From positions 1 to 54,681 of the IMG/VR virus record IMGVR_UViG_3300028571_000037: 54,681 bases of DNA; one strand, written 5' to 3'. The translations under genes and the position numbers were made by a program. Of the stretch, positions 1-9,827 are shown in pieces. The notes under the pieces were generated by a model. That model searched no databases, was not told the DNA's origin, and was given only the letters and a program-made list of their open reading frames with translations. This DNA is from a virus. Its lineage: Duplodnaviria > Caudoviricetes. The stretch's first letter is position 1, and every line of letters starts with the position of its first letter.

Positions 1-1
1 T

Positions 2-211
2 TTGGTATTAGGAAATACACCAATTGAATCATTGGGAAACCTTGTATCAGTTGGGGGAAAGTTGGATTTGGAAGGAACACCAATTGAATCATTGGGAAAC
101 CTTAAGTTTGTTGGGGGGTATTTGGATTTGGAAAGAACACCATTATTTAAGAAGTACACCGAAAAACAAATCCGTAAAATGGTAAATGTTGGTGGTGATA
201 TCTATTTATAA
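2..211 (+). CDS. C-terminal part of a leucine-rich-repeat protein (22-aa repeat), truncated by the window edge
   Basis: Repeats such as TPIESLGNLVSVGGKLDLEG; C-terminal cap KKYTEKQIRKMV shared with the next gene. Confidence 0.85.
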   Translation: MVLGNTPIESLGNLVSVGGKLDLEGTPIESLGNLKFVGGYLDLERTPLFKKYTEKQIRKMVNVGGDIYL

Positions 212-214
212 GTT

Positions 215-889
215 ATGAAGATTGTAATATCCGAGAGCCAGTACAACAGGTTGATTGAAACCGAAGAAGAACAAAAAGTTCTTCATGTTCCTTCATTGAA
301 GTTTTTTAATGATGATTGGGATTTGTTGCAGAAATTTTTGAAACTGAAAGGAAATCCACTTTATAGTATTGGGGGGGATTTGTATTTGGAAGGAACACGA
401 ATTGAATCCTTGGGAAACCTGCAATCAGTTGGTGGGAGTTTGTATTTGGAAAATACACCAATCCAATCTCTCGGAAATCTAACATCAGTTGGTGGGAGTT
501 TGTATTTGGAAAATACACCAATCCAATCTCTCGGAAACCTTCAATCAGTTGGTGGGAGTTTGAATTTGGGATATATACCAATTGAATCTCTTGGAAACCT
601 AAAATCAGTTGGTGGGAGTTTGAATTTGTATAAAAATCCAATCAAATCTCTTGGAAACCTAACATCAGTTGGTGGGAGTTTGAATTTGTATAAAACACCA
701 ATTAAATCCTTAGAGAACCTGAAAAAAGTGGGTGAAAATTTAGATTTACGTGAATCAAAAATTAAGTCCCTCGGAGATCTTGAATTTGTTGGTGGCAATC
801 TGTTTTTGAGCAACACACCATTATCGAAAAAGTATACCGAAAAACAAATTCGTAAAATGGTGTATGTTCAACGTGGTGTGTATTTTTAG
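215..889 (+). CDS. Leucine-rich-repeat protein with ISESQ leader
   Basis: About 7 copies of a 22-aa SLGNLxSVGGSLxLxxTPIx repeat; TATTTAT at 203. Confidence 0.88.
   Translation: MKIVISESQYNRLIETEEEQKVLHVPSLKFFNDDWDLLQKFLKLKGNPLYSIGGDLYLEGTRIESLGNLQSVGGSLYLENTPIQSLGNLTSVGGSLYLENTPIQSLGNLQSVGGSLNLGYIPIESLGNLKSVGGSLNLYKNPIKSLGNLTSVGGSLNLYKTPIKSLENLKKVGENLDLRESKIKSLGDLEFVGGNLFLSNTPLSKKYTEKQIRKMVYVQRGVYF
378..825 (+). repeat. 66-bp tandem coding repeats (LRR units)
   Basis: aatcagttggtgggagtttg recurs with a 66-bp period; boundaries approximate. Confidence 0.85.
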
Positions 890-933
890 GTTATGAAGAT
901 TGCCATTTCGATTATTTGTCGTATCTTTATGAC

Positions 934-1188
934 ATGGAAAAAGAGAAATTATACAAGAATGTAAACGATGAGTTCCTATACCTATTCAATTGGGTTAGCG
1001 GAGGGTTTAACGATGTGTGGGCTCCGAATAAAAAGGAAGCTTACCGTCGTGTGGTAAATGACCGCAAAGAGTGGGAAGATAAGAATCCGACTTATAGTAA
1101 GTTGCGTCCTGACTACAAGTCAATGCGTCGTTGTACCTTTACCCAATACCAAAGTCAAAACCGTATGGGTTGGATGATGTCCATGTAA
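934..1188 (+). CDS. Hypothetical protein
   Basis: ORF; ATG at 934 preferred to TTG at 916. Confidence 0.7.
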   Translation: MEKEKLYKNVNDEFLYLFNWVSGGFNDVWAPNKKEAYRRVVNDRKEWEDKNPTYSKLRPDYKSMRRCTFTQYQSQNRMGWMMSM

Positions 1189-1194
1189 AATAAA

Positions 1195-1279
1195 GGGGGT
1201 ATCGCATAGTGGCTATTGCAGTTGACTGTAAATCAATCGCCTAACGGCATCGGAGGTTCGAGTCCTTCTACCCCCACCA
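1195..1279 (+). tRNA. tRNA-Tyr(GTA), CCA encoded
   Basis: Acceptor GGGGGTA/TACCCCC-A-CCA, anticodon arm GTTGA-CTGTAAA-TCAAT, long variable arm, GTTCGAG T-loop. Confidence 0.96.
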
Positions 1280-1343
1280 ATACGTTCTTCAACTTTGAAT
1301 AAAAAAATTTGATAAAGTTCATATCCTTAGTATTTATTCTATT

Positions 1344-1763
1344 ATGAACCTTCGTGAAACAATAAGGAAAGTGATCAAGGAAGATCAAAATATCAAAAAA
1401 ATTGATTTACTCCGTAAAGTCATAAAAAGAATCATCCCCGACAACTCGGTGTTCACATCAAGATATGACATACCATACGCTGACACGGGTGAGGTTGAGG
1501 TTTATATCGAATATAGTGTTACTCCTAAAACAGAAATTAATAAATCCTCAGAAGGATACTACACGATCAACCTACATCTCAATATAGAAAAACTAATGTG
1601 GAAAGGTCCATACGATGATGACTTTGAAAACGTTCCCGGTCTATATGATATTCCTGAATATATCTTCGAAGAACTGGGATATGAACATAGAAAAAGACTT
1701 GAAAAACTCGTTGGCGAGTTATACTTCGATCAGGATTACGATTACAAAGAAAAAGGAGTCTAA
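1344..1763 (+). CDS. Hypothetical protein with LRETIRKVIKE leader
   Basis: 139-aa ORF, TATTTAT at 1331. Confidence 0.8.
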   Translation: MNLRETIRKVIKEDQNIKKIDLLRKVIKRIIPDNSVFTSRYDIPYADTGEVEVYIEYSVTPKTEINKSSEGYYTINLHLNIEKLMWKGPYDDDFENVPGLYDIPEYIFEELGYEHRKRLEKLVGELYFDQDYDYKEKGV

Positions 1764-1854
1764 GACAATCCCTATAAGAAAGATTGTTAAAAAATTTTAT
1801 CAAATATTGATAAAGGAATCCGTTGGTGGTATATTGGTGTAGATAAAAACATAA

Positions 1855-1941
1855 GGAGGTTTGACAGAGTGGTCGAATGTATCTGATTTGAAATCAGACG
1901 TACCTGAGAGGGTACCCGGGGTTCGAATCCCTGAGCCTCCG
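1855..1941 (+). tRNA. tRNA-Ser(TGA)
   Basis: GGAGGTT/AGCCTCC-G acceptor, TCTGA-TTTGAAA-TCAGA, long variable arm GTACC...GGTAC. Confidence 0.96.
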
Positions 1942-1944
1942 CAT

Positions 1945-2450
1945 CGGTTGTTGTTCTTTGACATATAAAAAAAATATATAAAATATGGATACAATATCAT
2001 TTATTTTAGGAATATCTTCGGTGGTGGTTATCGCGATTGCGGTGGTTGCTGTTGTAGGATTTTTTAAGGTCATAAGCGTTGCAAAACATTTCAATAATTA
2101 CAGACAATACTTAGATGTAGAGTTAAGTAATAAAATAAAAGAAATCAGAGATGAAAATACTCAAGGAATTGAGTACTTACATCGAAGGATTGATAGTGCT
2201 GAGAGAGAATATTCCACACAAAATGACGAATTGAGAAGGAATATCGATCAGAAAAACCATGAAATCACTTCCCATGTTGATCTAATAAGTCAACACGGAG
2301 AAAATAATAAGAACGAGATTTATCGATATATCGATTCGAGATTCGATAAGTTCGAAAATAAATTAAACGACACAATCAAAAATGGTTGTGAACCGGTTAA
2401 AGAATCAACTAGCCGAAAGGCATAAATAAATCGTCGAGGGACAACAACCG
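1945..2450 (+). repeat. 18-bp long-range inverted repeat enclosing one ORF
   Basis: 1945-1962 pairs with 2433-2450 with 15 Watson-Crick and 3 G-U pairs. Confidence 0.8.
1985..2425 (+). CDS. Membrane-anchored coiled-coil protein
   Basis: N-terminal hydrophobic helix, then heptad-like charged region. Confidence 0.8.
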   Translation: MDTISFILGISSVVVIAIAVVAVVGFFKVISVAKHFNNYRQYLDVELSNKIKEIRDENTQGIEYLHRRIDSAEREYSTQNDELRRNIDQKNHEITSHVDLISQHGENNKNEIYRYIDSRFDKFENKLNDTIKNGCEPVKESTSRKA

Positions 2451-2624
2451 TTTGTTTATAACCCCACCACTAACTATTTATTGTGATGAAAACTATCAAA
2501 AATATCATCATAAAAGGAATCAAATCATTTTTTGAACTGATTCAGTATCATTAGTAGATAAATTTTATTGGTGATATCTTTTTTAGGTATTAACCATTTC
2601 GAGTTGCCATCGTTAACTTGAATT

Positions 2625-2882
2625 TTAGGATCTCATTGCAAAGACAATATTGTCTATTTTGGATAAACCAATTCCTAATGATCGCATAATATTATAGATG
2701 TCTTTCTTTATTTCATCAGATAAATAAATGTTGTCATATTTTTTGTTAACGATTGTAATTTTGTGTGTCACAAAATGTTTTGTATCAATATTCACTATAA
2801 TTTCCTCGATACCTGGATACTTTTTAAGTAAGACCCGATCGAGAATATTACTTATCATCTTTTTTTCTAATTGTGGATCCAT
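2625..2882 (-). CDS. Hypothetical protein
   Basis: ORF; start moved to MDPQLEKK behind a minus-strand TATTTAT. Confidence 0.65.
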   Translation of the reverse strand: MDPQLEKKMISNILDRVLLKKYPGIEEIIVNIDTKHFVTHKITIVNKKYDNIYLSDEIKKDIYNIMRSLGIGLSKIDNIVFAMRS

Positions 2883-3162
2883 CAAATTATAAATAATTTT
2901 AGTTTTCTTATTTGTTTTTTTTATTGTAAAAATAATTTTGATACCAACTTGATATAAGATTTGGTAGTTCAAAAATCCATTCCAAACTTCGGATACTAAT
3001 CAAAGTAATTGAAATTACAAAAAAAATAAAAAATAGTTGTTCCATGAATTTAGTTATAAATAGTCGTATAGTAAGAGTTGTAATTAGAAATTATCTCCTA
3101 TCATTCTAACTGTGTAGTAAATGTATAAAAATTTATTCTATATTACAAATATTTATAACAAC

Positions 3163-3531
3163 ATGAACTATATGATTACTGAAAATCAAATGGAATCTCT
3201 CATTAAGGAATTCAATCAAAGTCCCGAACAAAAGGTGTCTAATTATTTGACACGTGCCGTAAGGATTAAATTTCCCGTGGTCGATGAAGTTGAAGTACAA
3301 TTCGTGTTTACTCCCTCAGAGATACTGAAAAATCCAAAACGAAAAGACGTTGTTAAAGTGTTTATATATGTTGATCAACAACTAAATCCCGTAGAACGGA
3401 ACTCAGACAAAGTTTCTGAAAGTCAAATACAAGAATATACCCAAAAAATATTAGAAAAGTTTTTCGGTTTGATTGTTTTGTTCACTTCCTTTGATTCGAC
3501 AAAGTTTGAATATATCGATGGAAATTATTGA
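3163..3531 (+). CDS. Hypothetical protein with ITENQ leader
   Basis: MNYMITENQMESLIKE; TATTTAT at 3150. Confidence 0.8.
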   Translation: MNYMITENQMESLIKEFNQSPEQKVSNYLTRAVRIKFPVVDEVEVQFVFTPSEILKNPKRKDVVKVFIYVDQQLNPVERNSDKVSESQIQEYTQKILEKFFGLIVLFTSFDSTKFEYIDGNY

Positions 3532-3533
3532 TT

Positions 3534-4148
3534 ATGGGAAAAATTAAATTAAACGAAAACGAGCTTTCGCATTTGGTTCATCAAATATTGGAACAAAAAA
3601 ATAAACATGTGACTTGCGAGAGATGTGATTGGGATTGGGATATAACAGCAGATGATGAAGATCCGTATCTATGTCACATGTGTGGTCATAGAAATGATAG
3701 TAAAACTAAAAAAAGACTTAAGGAACAAGATGTTAATGAACCGAATCAATTCGTTGAAATAAATTTACAGGATTTAATAAATCAACGTAATCAAAATACA
3801 CCTACGGGACCCATTAAGATTTTGTTTGACAAATTATATAATAAAGAATTAGTTACAAAATCTCTTGATTTAGAAGTTTATTACAGTTTTAAGAATTTCT
3901 CACAAGGTCCTAAGTTAAATTCGTTTTCAAATCTTAAATATGACCCATCACAAAAATACATTAGTGGATCTGTTTCTATTACAAAAGTTCTATATAAAGG
4001 ACAGGATGTAACCGAGTTAGTAAAAATAATTACAAATGATGGTAGTTTAACAAAAAAAATGGTAAAAGAGTCTGCTTATGATGTATTTAGGTCCTTTGTT
4101 AAGAACTTGGGATTAGAAGTTGGTCAAATTAAAGTAATGTTGTTCTAA
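3534..4148 (+). CDS. Hypothetical protein with leader and zinc ribbon
   Basis: KIKLNENEL leader; CERC...CHMC. Confidence 0.8.
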   Translation: MGKIKLNENELSHLVHQILEQKNKHVTCERCDWDWDITADDEDPYLCHMCGHRNDSKTKKRLKEQDVNEPNQFVEINLQDLINQRNQNTPTGPIKILFDKLYNKELVTKSLDLEVYYSFKNFSQGPKLNSFSNLKYDPSQKYISGSVSITKVLYKGQDVTELVKIITNDGSLTKKMVKESAYDVFRSFVKNLGLEVGQIKVMLF

Positions 4149-4720
4149 TGGAAATAGAATTGTTATATAAATCTTTAGATAAGTTATTCGATCAGCTCCT
4201 TAAGAAAAGAATTGATTTGGATTACACCCTATCTATTGACGAAGGAGCAACTAAAATAATTGAAGAACCTATATTTAAATTAAATCTTATAGTCGATCCT
4301 GAAAAATATCATTGGAGTGGTACCGATTACGACCCGAGATACCACGACCAAATATTAAGGGTTGAAGACTATATTACAAATATTGTAAAATACTTGGGAT
4401 TATCCTTAGATAATTTTAGTTCTATGGATACCATTTTCGACCCCGAGAAAATAAAAGAATATTATTCAAGAATAATCCCTATGATACCACCTATATGGAA
4501 ATTGTTTCAAAAAAGTCAGAGATATCTCCAAGTACCTGATCTAAAGTTTGTCGAAATGAAAAAAAGATTAGACAGGGATTATGACCTAATCTTCCATTTG
4601 GATCCATCAACAGCTTCTAGGGTAACAAATAATTTCTCAGAAATATATTATCCCTTTTTCAACAGTTTCGGACTCAACGAACTTCCGATGGACAGCCATT
4701 ATATCGATTTTACTTTTTAA
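4148..4720 (+). CDS. Hypothetical protein
   Basis: 190-aa ORF with TAATG overlap. Confidence 0.8.
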   Translation: MEIELLYKSLDKLFDQLLKKRIDLDYTLSIDEGATKIIEEPIFKLNLIVDPEKYHWSGTDYDPRYHDQILRVEDYITNIVKYLGLSLDNFSSMDTIFDPEKIKEYYSRIIPMIPPIWKLFQKSQRYLQVPDLKFVEMKKRLDRDYDLIFHLDPSTASRVTNNFSEIYYPFFNSFGLNELPMDSHYIDFTF

Positions 4721-4722
4721 CT

Positions 4723-5271
4723 ATGAAAATTATTATAACAGAAAACCAACTACGAACTCTATCGGAGCAAATGTCGTCTGACGATCAATGTATCAAACCT
4801 GAGATTGACCAACTTAATTCAATATTTTCGGGTCTCGGAGAACTTTACGGTGGAGAATATGAAGACCAAGAAATTATCGATCAAACATCCGACCCAAAAC
4901 AAAAACAACTTTTGTCCCAAATCTTAAGTGGATTTAAAAATATGAATGTAAATCAACTCAGATATGAGTTGGAAAAGGTCATGACCTTAAAAAATCTTGA
5001 GGAACAGAATACACCATATATGGAACAAACAATCGAAATTGGTGGTGTAAAAGTTCCTAAAATCGCCGTACATGGAGTATTGGGTTTAATAGTCATTTCT
5101 ATTTTATCCACGTTGTTGAAAATGATCCCACAGAATCAATCAAGAGGTGGATCAAGATTGGCTTCGAGGGCTCAGGGGTGTCAAGGTGCAGGAGCCCGAG
5201 CACGTCTTGTAAGACGTAGAAGAAGACGTGAAACGTGGAGATCATTTCTAAAAAAACTTGGAATAAGATAA
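4723..5271 (+). CDS. Hypothetical protein: ITENQ leader, one TM helix, Arg-rich tail
   Basis: MKIIITENQLRTLSEQ; hydrophobic GVLGLIVISILSTLL; RRRRRR near C-terminus. Confidence 0.8.
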   Translation: MKIIITENQLRTLSEQMSSDDQCIKPEIDQLNSIFSGLGELYGGEYEDQEIIDQTSDPKQKQLLSQILSGFKNMNVNQLRYELEKVMTLKNLEEQNTPYMEQTIEIGGVKVPKIAVHGVLGLIVISILSTLLKMIPQNQSRGGSRLASRAQGCQGAGARARLVRRRRRRETWRSFLKKLGIR

Positions 5272-5332
5272 TTTTTTTATTATATATCAAATAACGATGT
5301 AAAATTGGGGTTTTTCGTGTTATATTTATAAT

Positions 5333-5473
5333 ATGGGAACAATTAAAATTTTATCAAACAAATTAATTCTTAAACACGAGGATGGAACCAAAGAAACACT
5401 CACAATTCCAAGACTCAATGACTTCAAAGTAAATCAAGTTTTTGTTAGATTCAGAGGAGAAATATACACTTAA
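5333..5473 (+). CDS. Small hypothetical protein (46 aa), not in the ORF track
   Basis: MGTIKILSNKLILKHEDG...; TATTTAT at 5323. Confidence 0.55.
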   Translation: MGTIKILSNKLILKHEDGTKETLTIPRLNDFKVNQVFVRFRGEIYT

Positions 5474-5497
5474 GAAATTTACTAATATTTATAATGG

Positions 5498-6088
5498 ATG
5501 AAAAAGTCCATTTTAATTACTGAAAAACAACTATCTAAGATTATTTCAATAATAAATGAACAATCTGAGCCAAATTTGTTATATAAAACCTTATATAATC
5601 CTGATACAAAAACAATTTTAGCTTCTTATTATTTAATTCAAGAACGACCTAATTCTTTCTTTGTTGCTAATCCAAAAGAATTCGTTAATAGGTCTGTTGA
5701 ATGGGGTGATGGTTCACAAGACTACAAAATTGGAATAGAACTTGTCGATCTTCCAAAATCACAAGTGGAAATCGAAGGTAACATTGATGGTTTTCCAAAT
5801 TTCAAAATATTTAAAATTCCATATTTCTTATTCAAGAAAGAACCTAAGTTATCAATTAGAAGATTCGAGGGTAACAAAAGAGCCTCATTGGACAATCAGG
5901 GATCCACTCTGAAGAAAATTAATGATTCAAAAGTTGTAGACGCATTTGAGGCTTTGGGAGGTGATTACAAAAAAATAAAAAATTATGTAAGTAGAATCGA
6001 AAATCCTATTTTACCAAAACCCGTGGATCCTTCGGTATATGGAAAAGAAGACAACCTATTTAAGAGTCCCATATACCAAGGATATTAA
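5498..6088 (+). CDS. Hypothetical protein with ITEKQ leader
   Basis: MKKSILITEKQLSKIISIINEQ; TATTTAT at 5486. Confidence 0.8.
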   Translation: MKKSILITEKQLSKIISIINEQSEPNLLYKTLYNPDTKTILASYYLIQERPNSFFVANPKEFVNRSVEWGDGSQDYKIGIELVDLPKSQVEIEGNIDGFPNFKIFKIPYFLFKKEPKLSIRRFEGNKRASLDNQGSTLKKINDSKVVDAFEALGGDYKKIKNYVSRIENPILPKPVDPSVYGKEDNLFKSPIYQGY

Positions 6089-6250
6089 AAAAACCTTAAT
6101 ATAAAAATGACCCTTACTATTAATATGGAATCACGGTTTATTAATTACGTCAGTGGTGAAAACAAAGTTGAGGCTAAAGATTGGATGCCCGAGTTGAACG
6201 TAAAACAGATTAAATCTAAATAATTTTTTTGATACTTGAGAAAACTCCTG

Positions 6251-6258
6251 TATATTTG
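6251..6258 (+). promoter_or_regulatory. Bacteroidota-type -7 promoter element TAnnTTTG (representative)
   Basis: Also + strand at 19461, 32501, 34526, 37286, 38114, 47260 and - strand at 10054, 23289, 32193, 44314, 46141, 51020, each just upstream of a gene or RNA. Confidence 0.8.
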
Positions 6259-6275
6259 TATTATAATTTATCAAC

Positions 6276-6545
6276 ATGTTCAGAAAACTATTATATATCG
6301 GTTTGATTTCCTTAGCTCTAACCCTTTTTTTTGTGATCTCAGGGATTAAGTTCATCCTTAGTGGTGTGGATATGTTTGGACCCGAGAAAGAGTCGCAAAC
6401 ACACGATTTTGTGATAAATGATACAACGAAAGTTCAGTTTGTTAGATACGACACCATCCAAGTCAAAATTAAGAAGACAATACCCGAAGTCAAAAATTTA
6501 GACACAGATTCAACCACTAAAATAATCACCGATTCCATCAAATAA
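6276..6545 (+). CDS. Small membrane or secreted protein
   Basis: N-terminal TM helix; promoter at 6251. Confidence 0.7.
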   Translation: MFRKLLYIGLISLALTLFFVISGIKFILSGVDMFGPEKESQTHDFVINDTTKVQFVRYDTIQVKIKKTIPEVKNLDTDSTTKIITDSIK

Positions 6546-6813
6546 TGTCATAACTGGCTTGAACGACACACCTTGTGTTCTTTCCATGGACGAATTCCCA
6601 AGCATTTTCCATAATCCACTCAATATTTTGTGGCCAATAGGTCACAGTTACCTCAGGGTCGGTGATATGAACAAATACTTCTACCTGTTCAGTCCGTAAA
6701 TGAGATAAATTAAAGACATTTTTGACTTCTATTCTTGAACCCTCCCCAAAAAAAAGTTCCAGAGTGGTTTTTTCTGAACGATTTACATATTCTTGTAAAA
6801 CTTTCTTTTTCAT
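6538..6813 (-). CDS. Hypothetical protein
   Basis: 91-aa ORF. Confidence 0.7.
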   Translation of the reverse strand: MKKKVLQEYVNRSEKTTLELFFGEGSRIEVKNVFNLSHLRTEQVEVFVHITDPEVTVTYWPQNIEWIMENAWEFVHGKNTRCVVQASYDII

Positions 6814-6930
6814 TCTTATAAATTTATGATTATTCTGAAATAACTACATATTTATTGCTAGAACTAGCAACTATATTAGTCTTTTTCTTATTTTTATTAA
6901 CTAGAATTTAAATTATAGTTAATTTAGAAC

Positions 6931-7185
6931 TTATAGGACCTTTTTTGACAAATTCCAACCCTGTCTCATTATGGGTGTCCTCTTAGTTTTTTGTTTTACC
7001 AAAAAGTAGACATCATATTTGAGATCGTATAATTTATCGGGATTTGGTGTCGTGTCTAATACAATACTCGCATCCATATAGACGTGAGACTTGTTTTTAT
7101 TGACACATTCTATCGAAATAGACGATAAAAATGGGTATTTATCCACTAACTCTTGAGGGTTGAACTTATTAAATGGACATATCAT
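6931..7185 (-). CDS. Hypothetical protein
   Basis: 84-aa ORF. Confidence 0.55.
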   Translation of the reverse strand: MICPFNKFNPQELVDKYPFLSSISIECVNKNKSHVYMDASIVLDTTPNPDKLYDLKYDVYFLVKQKTKRTPIMRQGWNLSKKVL

Positions 7186-7232
7186 ACCCCAATAAATATT
7201 ATCTTATATTTATTAAGTATAAAAAATGTAAA

Positions 7233-7493
7233 ATGATTAGATTAGTCGAACTTTTTATGAAGATAATGACTGATGGTACAGGAGTATCATCAAAACGATT
7301 CTCAGGTCTTGTAACCCTCCTAAATTTGATTGTATTGGCATATATTACAACAGTGAAAAATGGTCAAACACCCGAATATATTTTTGATACGCTTGCATTA
7401 TTGTCGGCATCTTTTTTAGGTTTGACTACCATTGAGAAAATTTTTGGAAAAAAGAAAATTGTGTCAGATGAGTCAACAGGAGAACAACATTAA
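7233..7493 (+). CDS. Small two-TM protein, holin-like
   Basis: DGTGVSSKRF motif, two hydrophobic helices, basic tail; TATTTAT at 7207. Confidence 0.6.
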   Translation: MIRLVELFMKIMTDGTGVSSKRFSGLVTLLNLIVLAYITTVKNGQTPEYIFDTLALLSASFLGLTTIEKIFGKKKIVSDESTGEQH

Positions 7494-7674
7494 TACAAAA
7501 TTCACTCGAGAATACGAGAGTGAGTTTTCACGTCAAATTTGGAAATATGATTTGTCAGTCACAAAAAATAGGCCCGTGTCTGTAACTATTCACACCAAAG
7601 ACAATACGGATTGGAAACCCAAGATGACAATTGGTGATTATGCAAAGTTGGCTAAAAAAGGAAAACTAAAGTAA
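7468..7674 (+). CDS. Hypothetical protein
   Basis: ORF from MSQQENN. Confidence 0.6.
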   Translation: MSQQENNINTKFTREYESEFSRQIWKYDLSVTKNRPVSVTIHTKDNTDWKPKMTIGDYAKLAKKGKLK

Positions 7675-8259
7675 TTTTTTTTCCAATTCTTCTTTGAGGA
7701 ATTTGATTTCAGATTCTGTTAGAGAATCCAAAAATTTGTTGAATCCCGAAGATTCATTTTTCAGTACTTTGACGAGTTCGACACTTTTAACCTCAATCAC
7801 TTCGCCGTCACTGTCAATAAGTTCACTATCGTCTCGATCGTAATCGTACAAATATAAATAATCTTCATTGTTCAATTCATATACATTAGATTCTAATTGA
7901 TCTTTTGTAAAATACCCATCTACCTGTAATTGACCAGTGTATTCGTGGGTTTCGGTTCTACGTTAAGAAACGTTTATTTGAAATAATTTTTTGCTTGGTG
8001 TAATAATATTTGACGAATTAAGAGTCCCATTTTTCAAATTTTCTTCATTCATCAAAAGTGTGTTCACGTAATAGAAAAATTGATCAACATCTTTAGGTAG
8101 AGAAAGATGTTTGTTAATACTATTATAAAATTTATAAACATCATCAGAAAAATTAGAGTTCCACGTCACGTCAATTGATTCAAATAATTCGTCATGATTT
8201 TTCATCCACTGAGAATAAAGAATTTTTGTGACCTTAACTAATTTATCACCCGTCAGCAT
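7666..8259 (-). pseudogene. Single ~197-codon gene interrupted by one in-frame TAA (7963-7965)
   Basis: Track ORFs 7963-8259 and 7666-7875 are in the same frame and the 29 codons between them are open (RRTETHEYTGQLQVDG...). Confidence 0.7.
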
Positions 8260-8262
8260 TTA

Positions 8263-8907
8263 TTATGCAATTTTTGGTGGTTTAGGAGATGATCCAGAAT
8301 TATAACCTCTGACTACTTTTAGAGCCAACTCACCAGTACCCCAAGGTGAAGATTTCAGAGCGAGTGCCGATTTTTCAGCACTATCACCTGTTTTAAGTGC
8401 ATTTATTATATTTTGATAACGACCATTTTTTATAGTCCTTACAGTTGCATCAATACCATCTTGACTACTCAGGTAATTTCTAACACCTGATTTACAACCT
8501 GAAACTCCTTTTTTCAAACAGTTATAAAATGTTGAACCAGGTTTTGATTGTGTTGTATTGAATGGATTGTTTCTTGCTGTACCACCCTCGGCTTGTCTCC
8601 ACGCATAAAAAAACTTCATATTCTCATCCGAGATGGGTGCACCAATTCCCTTGAGGATTGATTTATAAAACTCATCATCAGTTGTTGTTTTTGTCAGTGG
8701 AGTTACATTACCTGATACGTTAGTGGACTTAGTATCAAGATCAAAGTCCTGATCATCAAAGTCCTCGTCATCAAAAAGAGATGCCAAGGTACTTTTGATT
8801 ATACCTGACTTAATTGCTTGAGTTATACCAGCGGCAATTGGAGATTGTTCCATGAAAGACATCAGTTGTGTTTGTCTTTCCAATTGTTCGAGCAGAGATT
8901 TCTTCAT
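8263..8907 (-). CDS. Putative lysozyme-like/transglycosylase protein with LLEQ leader
   Basis: AWRQAEGGTARNNPFNTT and Y-x5-GIDATVRT motifs resemble the lysozyme superfamily; minus-strand TATTTAT upstream. Confidence 0.6.
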   Translation of the reverse strand: MKKSLLEQLERQTQLMSFMEQSPIAAGITQAIKSGIIKSTLASLFDDEDFDDQDFDLDTKSTNVSGNVTPLTKTTTDDEFYKSILKGIGAPISDENMKFFYAWRQAEGGTARNNPFNTTQSKPGSTFYNCLKKGVSGCKSGVRNYLSSQDGIDATVRTIKNGRYQNIINALKTGDSAEKSALALKSSPWGTGELALKVVRGYNSGSSPKPPKIA

Positions 8908-9071
8908 TTTAAATAAATACTATTATAAATATAAAACCCCCACGATTAAGTGAGGGTCTATATCAAGAAATTCTAACACCGAACCACCAAAGGTCAAACC
9001 TGATAAAAAAGTTCCCATCGTGAAAACCAAAACCGAATCTAATCATTCGATTTTTTTTATTCAGTGGGATT

Positions 9072-9758
9072 TTATTCCATCTCATCAGGGAACGTAATTT
9101 CGTTGGTTTCGGGATTCCAATCCACCGTGAATGGTTTCTGAGTAAATAGGTATCTTTCATCTAAAAGTGCCGCGTTGAAAAAATGGGTAGTCCCATCGAA
9201 CTTGTATCCGTATCCTGTGTGGATGTGTCCGAATACGTGGATTTTCGGTTTGAGGGATTTGATTCCCTCTGCCAACACCTCACAACCAAGAGGAACGCTA
9301 TGACCTTTGATTGTATCGAGATGACCCCAAGGTGGACCGTGGGTAATCAAGATATCAGTGTTATCAGGGATATTCTTCCACTTTTGTTGGAGTTCAGAAC
9401 CCATTCTTGGTAGATTGAATGCCCAATCGTAGAATTCGGGTTGCCAAGGTGATCCATATACTTTAACTTCACCGATAACCTCTGTGTTGTCTTGTAGATA
9501 GGTAACATTTGGATACATCTTAAGAAGTTCTCGACACATATCGGGACTTTCTTGGAATCCCCAATCGTGGTTACCTGCGATGAAGATCTTGTGGGTGTAG
9601 TTGTCCAAACCATTGAACCATTTCAGGAAGTCGGTGATTTCTTTTTCGTATCCCATACTTGAAATATCGCCAGCGTGAATCAATACATCTCCACCAGGTA
9701 ACGTGGCTGTCACCTGATTGTGTTTGGTATGTGTGTCGCTAATAAAGGTAATTTTCAT
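9072..9758 (-). CDS. Calcineurin-like metallophosphoesterase (MPPED/239FB-like)
   Basis: ISDTH, HAGD, AGNHD, THGPP, FGHIH motifs. Confidence 0.93.
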   Translation of the reverse strand: MKITFISDTHTKHNQVTATLPGGDVLIHAGDISSMGYEKEITDFLKWFNGLDNYTHKIFIAGNHDWGFQESPDMCRELLKMYPNVTYLQDNTEVIGEVKVYGSPWQPEFYDWAFNLPRMGSELQQKWKNIPDNTDILITHGPPWGHLDTIKGHSVPLGCEVLAEGIKSLKPKIHVFGHIHTGYGYKFDGTTHFFNAALLDERYLFTQKPFTVDWNPETNEITFPDEME

Positions 9759-9827
9759 TTCTCTGAATTTTGTTAAAGATACAAAAAAATTTTGTATAAA
9801 AAAAGATATGGTAAATACCTTTGGATA

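Noticed and set aside
378-825. Regularly spaced repeats as a CRISPR array
   Set aside because: 66-bp in-frame coding units with no unique spacers; they are LRR repeats
1800-2094. Short minus-strand ORFs
   Set aside because: Antisense to tRNA-Ser and the 1985 gene
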